DNA of 64,000 bases, from positions 2,728,001 to 2,792,000 of the forward strand of contig JAYWIR010000017.1 of the NCBI GenBank assembly GCA_036172245.1, given 5' to 3'. Origin of the DNA: Raillietiella orientalis. Lineage: Eukaryota. The position numbers and the translations under genes are program-made. The notes beneath the pieces were generated by a model. It was not told the origin of the DNA. It searched no databases and worked only from the letters and a program-made list of their open reading frames with translations. Within the stretch, counting starts at the first letter, position 1; every line of letters starts with the position of its first letter. Of this stretch, positions 41,870 through 53,432 are shown piece after piece.

Positions 41870-42930
41870 GCTCACTGGGTTTCAACCTGCTGATACACCG
41901 ACGGTGCGGTGGGATGACCACCCAAGGTTAGTGAGTAAAGACCGATCCTGAAGCACCGTTCCTTCTCCATATAAACCAGAGAGAGACACTTCAACGGATC
42001 CACTTTGAAGGCACCTGATTTGATTTTTCCCTGTTGTTCGGCACCCCTTTTTTCTGGTAGAGTGGTAGTGTTCGTAAGGTGATGCACATGCACAGACCCT
42101 CCGTAAAAAAGATTTGAAAAGTTTGCTCTGATCTGGAGGCTTTGCGGGGGGAGAAGAGAAGGGATCGACTTTAGCGTTCACAGAAGCGTGGTCCCGAGAC
42201 AGGAAGGCCCGGATGGATCCTGGAAAGAAAGAAAGAAAAACTGATGATCTGAGCCGAAACGATTCGGAACATCCCGGTGCGCATTTTCGCAAGGGAGCTC
42301 ATATCGTCGTCGACTGGAAAATGAACCGTTCTTCAGAAATACCTTCTGGATAACAAATGAGAAAAGGGCGTTCCCTTTTACGCCAGGATTTTCGAATATT
42401 TTGGCACACATGAATACGAGGCACGTTAGAAGATGGACAATCGGTAATCCCGTGATGCGAGTCGGGATGCGGATTGAACCTCCGCCATCCTTGGTCATCC
42501 TGGAACAAGTCGTTTTCACGAAGATGAAGCACTGTCCAGTAAGATAGGGAGCAAAATCACCTCGGTAACCCCCAAAAGCTTTCCCTTCATAAAGCATTGC
42601 TTGCCACGTTACTGATTACTGATGCGTGCCATGAAGACTTTTTTTTTTTTTCGTATCGGATGCGAACGCATTCGAGACGCCTCCTGAACACAAAGAAGAT
42701 CCATTTCGTTCCATCCTCAGGAAATTTATGCCTTCGTTCTACTCGGTTCCGTGTTTGCAGGAGATGAGGGAGGATCGTACAGTGCCAAAATACGTATACC
42801 GCCGCCAGTCGTCTCCACTGCCGACAACGTGTTGGATTACTCTTTCAACTAAAAGTTTGTTTTGCACCGAGACACGTGGTTTCCTCTCCCGTACCGTGAT
42901 GGCACGGCAATTGCAAGCACACATATGACG
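41870..42930 (-). mobile_element. Decayed gypsy RNase H remnant
   Basis: DFAPYLTGQCFIF (FxxYLxGxxF) and IFENPGVKGNAL (I.Y.PG..N..ADAL) in ORF 42178..42597. Confidence 0.42.
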
Positions 42931-43311
42931 TCAGAGCAGGTACGTCGAAGCTGCAGTGCGGCAGACGCATGGTCCACCGCATACACATCCGCGCGTGGGA
43001 AAACGAGATGCATACGCTGCACATGCATCTTCACAGACAGGAACTGCTCTTGGTGGAATGCCTATTCCTCGTAACCCTGACGAAGAATCTTTCTCTTTCG
43101 TTCGAATCGCTATTCTCCCACGCTGAATCATCAGGCTGCTTTTTGACTTCTCGCCGTTGCTGCTGTTGTTGCCTGCTTTGCTCCATTAGGACTTCCTAGA
43201 AACCAAGACGAAAAGAAAAATTTGCTCATCCGTGTAAGGGACTGAGCAAAAAAAAAAAAAAAACCTTTTTTTGTGTTTTTTGACTAATGTCGCCTCCTGA
43301 CATTTTGCTTT

Positions 43312-44202
43312 TTGGGAGTTTTTCGTACTATAAGCACGGCAGGGATGTTGCGCTCGTCTCCATGGCTTCCAGGCGTCTTATCGATTACACATCTTTTCTT
43401 CCCTCCCCCTCCCTCGAATGAACTCTCCGGTATAAATTGTCGACTTGTCGTGGTATTGGGGCTTCACCTGCTAGATGTTCGGATGGAAGTCCGAGAGTAC
43501 GAGGGGGAAGCTGCTTCTCGAATGCGAGATGATGGTCTCAGCTTCTTCAACTATGCGAAACGCAGTCCTTTCTTCGCTTTCAGACTTTCTGCCCGCACCG
43601 CCGATTCTTCTCTGGCTCACGCACGCGGCTGGCATCACTTTTCGCTTTTCGGAAGAACTCTTTTTTCAACCCCGTGCTTCTTCGTACTGGAAGCCGGCTG
43701 GTGTGCGACTGACTGCGAAGCACCGGACGGAAGCGTCGACTTTCCCACATCGGGAGCATCCCGTCGCATCATCGTCATCATCGCCAAACGGGAACTGAGG
43801 AGTCTGAGGAACGCGCGCGAAAATTTATGCCCGGAAATTTCGCTTTCGCTCCGTTCCGCTCTTCTCGAATTACTGGAGCCGATCCTTCATTGTCCTCTCA
43901 GGTTACGTTCGTGTCCTGCACCACCCTCTGAGGTTCCTCCGAAAAAGTATGACGACGAGACGAAGGAGCTTCTGCTTTTGGATGCATTCGAGTTGAGAGA
44001 AGGAAACTTTTTTCTTCTTCTCCCTGCTGATCACAGTGCCTTGCGCATACGACAATTTCCATTTGATAGAAGATTCGTTACCAACATGGCAGGGAAGCAA
44101 CGCAGTTACCGGAATTGCAAGCTCACCGACTGTATAAAATGCTCGATCCATCCTTCGACGAAGATACGGCAGGATGGAGCTCAGAAGGTCGAGGGCTCTT
44201 GA
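43312..44202 (+). mobile_element. Decayed gypsy RT-connection/RNase H remnant
   Basis: KKYDDETKELLLL (RNYSTTEKELLA) and GNFFLLLPADHSAL (GxxFxLxTDHSAL) within a 296-codon open frame. Confidence 0.55.
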
Positions 44203-45989
44203 ACAGAACGCGTCCCTGAACCGAGAAGTTGGACGGGTTGTTCCAACGTTTGCAGCAGCGTTTTTACGCTCACTCTTCTGTCATCAGAGGCGTTACCAAC
44301 ATGGCTGCTGCAGAGTTACTAGCAACCTCCCGAGAACGGCCACGTAAGCTGGAATGTGAAAAGGCAACTATGAAGAGGGAGGGTGGAGGGATAATCCTCG
44401 AGCGAATCCCGGCTAAATGATTTTGCAGCGGTTCCTGAATTATCCTTGAGAAGAGGGAAACCAAAATACGCAAGACGATACTGTACACTCGATCAGCATC
44501 ATCGACAATAGCGACCACCTTTATTGAAGCGATGCATCTTTGTGCATCTCAAGAAAGCTGGAAGGGGGAAGGCCTTCTCGCACGCACGTTGCGAAATCGC
44601 GACGGAACCACAGACTTGCCCAAAGAGATCGCAGCCCCTTTCCGGAGTGCGGGGCCAGCCTTCCTCCTCCTCCCTCCCCCCCTTCCTATTTCCGGATCGA
44701 GATTCGGGTTCCGGACCCCGCAACGGTCTGCTCGTCTCCGATGAGCACCTGACGTCACCTCGGCGACGGCCGGAGTGCGGTCGAGGGTCGCGAGGATGCA
44801 CCGGAGAGGCCGTCTGCGAGTCGCACCACCGTGACGTTCCGCGCGAGCAGTTCGTCACGCGAGCAAACAGCTCAAGTGACTGCTTCCTGTCTCCTCGCGG
44901 ACCTGCGTCGCCGTCGCTCACTCCTTCCGAGCTCTTTCCGCGTTGTCCCGCCAAGACCTCTTCCCTGGCTGCGAGGGCTCGCTCGTCCCAGCCTACTCGA
45001 GCGCGCTCGGAAGAGCAGCCAGCGTGGGCCAATCCACCGATCCAGCCCCGCGGGCAAACTCGCACGAAGGGGTGGGGATGCTGCTGCGCGGGGCTGTCGG
45101 AAACACGGAAGGGTGCTGCTGCCCACATTCGAGCCCCCCTTCCTCCCCGTTGCTTGCTGCTGCTGAGGAGATGGCGGTTCTTCCCCACTCCCCACTAAGA
45201 AGAAACGGGACCTGCACGAAGAGCAGCGCCAGAAGTTCGATTTTTCTTCTTCCGGATTTTTTCCCTTCTTCTCAGGACCAAGAGGGAATCCATGTGGATT
45301 CGCAGAAGGGTGTGCGGCGCAAAGGAAGCTGTGTTCCCGTCATCTTCCGGGTTCCGGCACCGATTGGTTCTGCTGCTCGTTTGCAGCTCTGTGGCCCCAA
45401 TGCCAGGCCTGCGCTTTTGTCCGAGCGTCCGGGCGGGGCGTTTCCTTCCCCAGGGGGAAAAGGCGAGAGCGGGCAGCGTGGACCGGCAGATCCACCAGAA
45501 GGGTTAGAAAGTTTCAAAGGGGAGGAGGATAAAAAGAAAGGAACTTCCGACCCGAGGTTCAACTGCGTAGGAGGAAGGCGAGAAGTGTAGGGGAGGACTC
45601 GACGCATCAACAAAGGAAAGAGGAAGAAGGGACAGGGGTCATCGTTCACACCCGACGCGCGTCGTCCCCTGCAAACTGCTCGTGCACGCGATGCAGACGG
45701 AGTCCTCCTCCTTGACCCCGCTCCTCGGAAAAGGTCATTTTGCCACTTTCCCCCTCGCCACGGGGTGAGGATCGTGGTTCTCCTCTTCCTCCTTTCCTCC
45801 TCATCCTAATCCTCCCTCAGCAGATACAGAGTATGGTGGAGAAGTAGGGAGGGTGGAGGGGAAGGAAAGGAAAAAAAAAAGGTATGCAAGAATCCAGGTG
45901 CTTACGCGGAAAGGGGTGTGTCTAGGAAAGAGAATGAAGTTTCATTGGAGTCTCCTGCATCCTCTGAAGGATTCTGGTTAACATCTTAC

Positions 45990-47450
45990 GAGGTCGCTTC
46001 CCAATTTCTCTGAAGGGTGCTTTCTGAAGGAAGCAGCGCTCCTCTCCGTACTCTGGAGAGGCGACCCTCGGAGGGGTTATCGGCTAGCTCCATGGCAACG
46101 GCTCCATCTTCCCTACTGGAGGGGAAAACCCCGAAGGGAACCGGAAGGGTTCCTGGAAGGACCCCGGAGGGTCGACTCCCAATATCAGTGCCAGTCGAGG
46201 GTGTCATTCGATTTCCACCAGTGCCACCGCACCCGAAGCCCGTGGGCCAACCAGCGTCATCCTGCGGGGGACACTCGAGCTCAACCATTTCTCGGCGTCC
46301 ACCCTCCGCGTGGGGATTCGAACCCGCGACGCTCCGTGCCACGCGGTCTCCAACGGGGATCGAGCGCGCCTCGGCCCCGCTGCGCCGGATAACCTCGAAG
46401 GCAGCTCCTCGAGGGGACTGCCTCTACCGGGAAGCCGGGGCTGGCACAGGAAGCGGTATCCAACCATCGTCGGCGCAGCCACTCGATGCGGCTTGCGCGC
46501 TCCCAGCACCGGCTCGAAGTAGGTGCTAAAGAGCGGGGAGATGCGAGCTGTCGCGCTGCCGTAGGCCGCGCCGGCACGCCGCACACGTGCTGGCCGTCGG
46601 AACAAAAAAAAAAGAAAGGAAGAAATGCGCGTGTGGAGCCAGCCGGAGCGCAGACTGGCCCGGAAGACCTCTGGGAATCCCAGGAGTCCCAGGAGCTCCA
46701 GGAGGAGTTCCCGGTCCTTCTGGAGATGCCTTCCGCAAGTCGGCTGCGACCGGGGCGTTTTCCACATCCAAGAGACCTCCCGTTCCTCTCAAGACCCAGG
46801 ATTTTCCTAGCTATGTGGGGAACGGGAAATCCTGCATCGCCGGAACGAGCAGACCCAGGATTCCCGCGGTCGGCCGGCGCGTTGCACCTTCGCGACTGGA
46901 CCCGCGCTCCGTCCAGGAACAGCGCAAGTTCCCCTTCGGACCGAAAGTCAGCGGATCCCCCCCTTCCCTCTCCTACCCATTGCCTCCTACCCCAGCCGTC
47001 CGAACCGCGGATTGGCCAGCAACTTGACGTCCGCGCCCGCCTCGGTAATCGGTCTCCGGCTGCCTACGCTGCCCTCCCTTGGGATGGGACGCGCCTTTTG
47101 CTGATAGGAAGGAGGTGAGGGAACCTCCCCCGCTTCGCGAACGAGCGAGTACAGCCTACGCACCAGAGAGGATCAGCTCTGCCACGAAACAGTGGCAAGA
47201 CGCCCCCTGGCAGGCCGTCCTCCCCTGAGGCTTCCCTCCTCAGAAGATTCCTGGACGGCGGCGATGACCTCGTCCATCGCGAAAAGCCTTGCTGCAACTC
47301 CTCCTCCTCCTTCCCTACCTCTGGATCTCCTTCGGGAAGCAATGGCTCCAAGAAGTCGCACTCCGGGGATGCCCGCCACGTGTTGGGAGGAGGACGAGTC
47401 GCACAGCCTCACCTCCTCACACGACTCCTCCTCCTTCTCCCTCAGCACGT
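45990..47450 (-). mobile_element. Decayed L1/Tx1-like LINE ORF2 reverse transcriptase
   Basis: In order on the minus strand: ASGEDGLP (SPGPDGLP), RRPITEAGADVKLLA (WRPITLLNxDYKILA), ADLRKA, LLELLGLLGFPEVF, ISPLFSTYFEP and CADD (YADD) at about 46478-46467. Frameshifted. Confidence 0.78.
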
Positions 47451-47487
47451 GAGGCGTCACGCATGAAGAGGCGGCAGGGCGTCACGC

Positions 47488-47900
47488 CTCTTCATGCGTG
47501 ACGCCCTGCCGCCAGCCGCATCTCCAGCAGAGAACTGCTGTGTATGCGGAATCACGGCAGGCTGGAACGCCAGAAAAAGAAACCACAAGTGCAAGGATGC
47601 CATCCACTGGGTGGGAGACTTCTTGAAGACTGGCCCCAACTTCAACAAAAGAATGCAGAACTTGCCTCTGCATCCTGAACGGAATGCAGAGGACGCCTCA
47701 CGGCGAACAGTAATCCCTTCCTCTCCCTCTTTTCCCCGAAAAACATTCCTTCCTGGCTCTTTTTCTCTTTTTTGCTTTTTTTTTTATGATTTTTCTTCCT
47801 CCTTCGCCGCTGGAGCGGACCTCACCAGTCTGCGCGCCGGTTTTGTCAAGTCTTTCGCGCGTGGTAGAACCAAGTGCTCTACCACGATATTGAAAAAATA
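47488..47900 (+). mobile_element. L1/Tx1-like LINE 3' fragment, copy 1
   Basis: Aligns by eye with copy 3 (ctcttcatgcgtgacgccctgccgccagccgca vs ttcttcgtgcgtgctgccctgccgcgagccgca). Encodes AGWNARKRNHKCKDAIHW, followed by a T-rich tract and a stem-loop. Confidence 0.65.
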
Positions 47901-47939
47901 ACGACTTATAAATTTCCATAGCCCCAGCAAATACGGTTG

Positions 47940-48770
47940 ACAAACCTCCCGACACCAGGACTCACGGACTCTATGACCTCGAGTGCCACCATCAAAAGAA
48001 CTGCTGACAGACGCTGCCATCCCGAGTGACCCTCCAAAAGGACGGCTACGCTGGGGAGAGCTACTAGAAATTCCTCCGGAGGAGGTGAAGTGGCCCTCAG
48101 AGTGCTATGGGATGTTTCTTTAGGGAGTCCCGTGCAATGCTCGCCGACATCATTGGACCCAGGGGAGTGTAAACCCGAACTGTGGCAGGTGTGGCGATAG
48201 AGAGTCCCTCCCGCACCTGTTCTTGGAGTGTGTTGCCCTCCGCCCCATGTGGGAACGGTGTCTCATCCCTGCGGATCTCCGAGGGCAGCCCCAGATACGT
48301 TTTGAAGCGTCTTTTCCAGCGCGGCGCTCTCACGCCGGCAGGCCGCATCCCGAGCAGCACTTTGCTGCCTACGTGGGATCGTGGCTGGACGGTGCAGCAA
48401 CGCCAGAGGAGGCCAAAACGACAGGGACGCCATCTATTTTGCTGTCCTCTTTATGAGGATAGAGTCAAGATGGCCCCATCTGGGAATCCTGAAACGGGAA
48501 TTGCCAGCATCCCGCAAAGGAAGCAGAGGACGCCCTCCAGCACTCGGTGATACCTTCCCAACCCCCCCCCCCCCCCAATATTTTTATACATAGTTTTTTT
48601 TTGTTTTATTATTCTTTTTTTATTGTTTTCCCTTCCCCTCTGCCGAGGCGGACCTCCCTGACCTGAGCACCGGTTCCCAGCATTCCTTTTGTATATAAAG
48701 TCCCTTTTTGTATGTATATGTAACGTTGCAGGATCAGTGTCCTGCTACTGAATCGCACATGTTTATTTTA
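47940..48770 (+). mobile_element. L1/Tx1-like LINE 3' fragment, copy 2
   Basis: zf-RVT-type motif CGRCGDRESLPHLFLECVALRPMW, followed by a T-rich tract, a gcggacctc block and a stem-loop. Confidence 0.72.
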
Positions 48771-48773
48771 TAA

Positions 48774-49430
48774 ATGGACGCCCCGGCGCAACCGGTTGTC
48801 CAACCAAAGGAACTGCTACGTTGGGTCCAGCTTTTCGAGATTCCCCCAGATGTGGTGTTGCTCCACGACACTCGAGGACTGCTCCATCTTCCCCTTAAAA
48901 GCACCGGGAGTCGGCGTTGCCGGTCTTGCATTGGGGTGTTCCATGCAAAGCACGCCCTGGGGGGGGGGGGGGGATTGCGGAAGCGAACTGTGACCTTTGT
49001 GGGGAAAGGAAAACCCTCCCGCACCTGCTCGTGGACTGTGCCGCCCTCCGGTCTCTTTGGAAACGTTTATCAACGACCGTATGGATCCCGGTAGGCAGTC
49101 CCAGGGACATGATGAAACGTTTCTTCGTGCGTGCTGCCCTGCCGCGAGCCGCACCATTAGCAGTTGTTTGCTGTCTGCGCAATAGCGGCGGCCTGGAACG
49201 CGGCAAGAAGAGGTCAGTATGGCAGGGACGCCATTCGCTGGGCGAGAATCTTTATGAGGACCGTTACGAGATGGCCCCACTTGGGCAATATCCTGATGGA
49301 ACTTGCAGGCATCCTGGAAAAGATGCAGAGAACACCAAGCAGCGAGCTGTGATCCCTTCGCGAATCCCTTCAAAGGACATTTTATACGTTTACTTTTCCT
49401 TATTTTTCTTTTTGTTTATCCCCTCCCCTT
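48774..49430 (+). mobile_element. L1/Tx1-like LINE 3' fragment, copy 3
   Basis: zf-RVT-type motif CDLCGERKTLPHLLVDCAALRSLW. LRWVQLFEIPP matches LRWGELLEIPP in copy 2. Confidence 0.75.
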
Positions 49431-50357
49431 ATCCTCTTCTCGCGATCTTCTTATTTTTCTGATTGTCGCATCTTCCAGTTTGTTTTCGCGTTTGCTTTTT
49501 GGGTATTCAGTTTCATGATCTTCATCCTTTGTTTGGATGGAATGGAGTTTCTGAAGCCGATGGCAGTTCATTCTCTGCAAGAGAAAATGCGGGAAATGCC
49601 CAGATGAAACAAGAGAAAAGAAGAAAAACAATCGAACTAAAGGAGGATGCATCTAAACTGTTCTCACGAGGTTTTAATAAAAACTTTTCTGAAAGCAATG
49701 GAAAGCCTGCTTATTTGCATCGTGTTGTTTCAACGGAAAATACCAGATTCTTGAATGGGATGAAAATGAAAAGGATAGTATGAATGAAAATGGGAGTTGG
49801 TATTTATCAGAGTGACTAATGGAAACACGTGACAGCAGCATTTTGCGAGTCCCGACTTCTCACGAGTCTTCACTTAAAATAATTCGTAAATGCCAGAATT
49901 ATCAGAAATGAATTTTCAAGTTTTTGTTTTTTTTTTTTCATTTGCAGAAAGTTCTGTAAGGGCAAGCAGAAATATTGTGATAATCATGAACCTACTCATA
50001 TTGTCTTGCCCTGGAAAGTGCATCGATTTTTTCTCAACATGTATTTCGCAACTAGGTGATTTATGTGATTCTGGCAAATAGGTTTTGATCGGAAAACTTT
50101 CATACTGCTTTGATTATTTAACTGGTTGATGAGTACTTTGAAGCTGTAATGAGAGAGCTTTCTAATTGCAATATTCCTCACAGATTTGTATATTCTTCAA
50201 CCAACCCGGCATCCATAAATTCGTAGTTTGCACTGGTTCTAGTTTAGTCACCTTTAAATTCCTTCTCGAAATCCTTCCTGTGGCGAGAGGATAAAGTGCC
50301 ACAAGTTCTAGACGGAAACCTTGATCCCATGACGATGCATTTCATTTTTTTTCCACT

Positions 50358-50867
50358 TTAATTTTTGCGGTGATTGGTTCGTTCATTTTCAGAAGCACAT
50401 ATTTCATTTTCATATTCAAACACTTTTAGTTGAACGTACGGGATCTTAGCTAATGACCCTTCATCAGAAGACACTTTGATTTTGCTCATTCCAAAGAAGC
50501 AACAAATGAATATTAAACCGTCGATAGCTTACCAAGAATTGTTGGAAAATGAATTAGATTCTGCTGCATTCTGATTAGGAAATATTTGTTTTGCTGAAAT
50601 ATCTGTTTTGGAAACTAGAAAGAAAATTGCTTTGATGAAATTGGACATGAAAAAAAAAGTTTTAATGCTAGAGCCATTTGCAATTGTACCATGACTTTTT
50701 TTTCTAAAAGTGAATCATCTGATGAGCTTCCATACATGTCCTTTATATTTAAAATGTGTTTTATAATTAGTGTGTACAACTTTTACTGGTATCCCGACAT
50801 GCACTCCATCGTAGCGAATTTGAGCCTTCGGTAGATTAGGGATCTGCTGAACTTTGGTGCCAATCAT
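50358..50867 (-). CDS. Candidate small spliced gene or pseudogene, divergent from mRpL4; product unknown
   Basis: Minus-strand segments 50867-50787, 50740-50690, 50614-50533 and 50458-50358 join in frame through GT-AG gaps of 46, 75 and 74 nt (104 aa). No homology recognised. Confidence 0.28.
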
Positions 50868-51107
50868 GGTTTTTTATTAAGCTTTTAATTCATCTGGAAA
50901 AACAAAAAGGCTTGAATGAAAATGTGTTGCAAGCAGGGAGGGTACACTTTATTAGCCTGCATTCTTGATTGAAGGGAAGCATTTACATGAAATGCTTTTG
51001 TAAGCTCATGAGATGTAGAATTGCAGTCATTTTTTGAAACGAAAGTGCAGCATTTCTGATAATGCAGATAAACAGTAGTGCTGTGAGATCAATTTAGTAA
51101 GTCGAAA

Positions 51108-52699
51108 ATGAAGTTTCATTGTTTTAAAGCCCTATCCAGAGAAATCTTCCTTGGATTCAGGAATGTTTTGGTAAGACTATGAAAGAAGCATTTTGAATAA
51201 GAATTCGTAAATGATTCTCACGTGTGCAGTTGTTTAGGTGTTATTTAAGCCTATAATCATAGTAAAGCAACTCTTGTGTGTGCTAGTAATCATACAGTTT
51301 GTATTTTGTTGTAGCCATGTTTTCGGAGTTGGAGCATGTGCAGACATGTCTGCACAGATATAGTTCCAGCGTCAGTAACAGATGAAAAAGGTAAAATCCA
51401 TCATCATAATGTTCCTTATATTGTGAATGTATGTATTTTGCATAACCTCATGCCAGCCTACTATCATAGTTCTGAGTTTAATGAAAAAAAAAGTTGACTT
51501 TCTCAAATGATTCATTATCTTCAAATTTGAACATTATTGTTTCTTCTGTTCATTTTGTTCTGTGTGAGTCAAGAATTTCTGATAAGCTTTTCAGGATTCT
51601 TCATTTTCAAATTGTGCTTTGAAATTATACATTTGTTATGACTAATGTTGCAGTGTTTAAAAGTAAATGTTGCAATACTTCCAGGGAAGCAGCAACTCCC
51701 AATCATAGCCCAGAGAAGTCTGAAATTTTTAAACTCTGTAGACTTCAGACAGTGCCGGCAAGCTTGGATTGAAAATATGAACACAACAGAAGAGAAAAAA
51801 CTTGCAATAGTAGATGTACATCCAGAAGTTTTTGGCGAGTACCCACGATTAGATGTAGTTCAAGAAAATGTGCGATGGCAGACATTATACCAATTTGTTG
51901 TATGTATACTCCCTAATTCCTCCCCCATTTTGTAAATGACACCTAATGTTCTTGAATCTATGGAGGAAAATAACCAAATGAAATTTTAGGATACAGCTCA
52001 TACCAAAGTGAGGCATGAGGTTAGAGGTGGAAGTAGAAAGCCATGGCCCCAGAAAGGAACAGGGAGGGCTAGACATCGTACCATTCGTTCTCCTTTATGG
52101 AAAGGTGGAGGTATTTCTCATGGGCCAAGAGCATACAAGTCATATTTCTATATGCTCCCATTACACAAACGTGTAAAAGGTTTGGTATCAACTCTGTCAA
52201 TAAAATTGGCACAGGTACATTAAAAATGTGATGTTGGTGATTAATGCTTCAGTACATCAGGATGATCTGAAGATAGTGGATTCTCTGAACGTGCCCACAG
52301 ACGATCCCAGCTTTATTCTGGATCTAATAAAAGAGAGGCATTGGGGTGTATCTGTATTGTTTGTAGATGTGTAAGTTTTTGACAGTTTTAACCCAAGCAA
52401 CATTTTAAGAACTTGTGTCCTAGAGATGATATCATGCCTCTGAACATTGCAAAAGCCTGCAGCCAAATAAAACACGTGAATTTGATGCCTGTCTATGGTC
52501 AGTGCCCTCAAAGTTGCCGACAATCCTGTTGATGTGTGTTTTAGGACTTAATGTGTACAGCATGCTCAAACATGATACACTTGTGCTGACCTTGGCAGCG
52601 TTAGACAAGATTGAAGAACGCCTGTTACACCATTTGCACACCAATGATCCGTTTTTCAACAACACAGAGTTCCGAACCATGGTGTACAATTTTAAATAA
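51108..52699 (+). CDS. MRPL4: Mitochondrial large-subunit ribosomal protein uL4m (mRpL4), 7 exons, 305 aa
   Basis: Exons 51108-51170, 51315-51390, 51685-51899, 51990-52214, 52261-52370, 52424-52497, 52545-52699 (918 nt, all GT-AG). uL4 signature [26 protein letters not shown]...[14 protein letters not shown] and [16 protein letters not shown]. The N-terminus [31 protein letters not shown] resembles a mitochondrial presequence. Exons 1-2 are inferred from splice phase only. Confidence 0.93.
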
Positions 52700-52736
52700 T
52701 GCATAATTTTTCCCCTAATTCTGTTTGTCTGCACAA

Positions 52737-52742
52737 AATAAA
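52737..52742 (+). promoter_or_regulatory. Probable polyadenylation signal of mRpL4
   Basis: AATAAA lies 37 nt after the TAA stop. Confidence 0.55.
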
Positions 52743-53432
52743 AGAGCAGCATAGATTATATTGTACGCATTTATTCGTAATTATGAATACATAATTAGTT
52801 TGGTTGGAAACTGCAGTTGTAATGAAATTGGGAAATTTCGGTGTTTAAACACCAAGACCCATCCGTTTCATGAGAACGTATGGGGAGGGCATAGTCTTAA
52901 TTTTGATTGCAGTTTTATGATCACAGATGTGCCGAAGAATCGAAGTTTGACTGGTTTTATAATGAGCGATAAGTCTTTTCACAAAAAAATAAAAAAAAAA
53001 AGGAAAGAAAGGAAGAAACAAAGGAGAATTTTTTTTCCCCCCATTTGCTTAACCCCCGTTTTGAACAGTTCGCGTGCATGCCTAATTTTGTGATTGAAAT
53101 TTAGGGCATCCGTGAGGTGATATGCAAATTGGCATGCCCTCGTGAAGATTTCATTATAGTTCACGGTTTAGCGCAATTCGAGTCTGCCGAAACATCTTTT
53201 GCTTTGAGAGTCCTGGTATTTCAACACGTGGGGGTCCCCGATGCTTCAGAGGATCCCGTAAGGTTCTCGGTGCACAAAGTTGGGGACACCTTGCGAATCA
53301 AGGTGTCCCAACTGGGTTAGCAGTGCACCGTTTACTTTGCGGTTGCATGGCTTCACTTTCGAAGCGTGAGCTTCAGTGGGTCGTGATGGACCGGTTCCCC
53401 GTTTCTGACGAAAACCTGAAAATCATCGTTCG

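Noticed and set aside
46300..46390. tRNA T-arm-like GGGTTCGAATCCC on the minus strand
   Set aside because: I could not build a cloverleaf (no acceptor or anticodon stems), and it lies inside the LINE RT coding remnant.
48728..48745. Iron-responsive element (CAGTG loop)
   Set aside because: It lacks the bulged C geometry, and the homologous copy has a different loop. A LINE 3' stem-loop explains it better.
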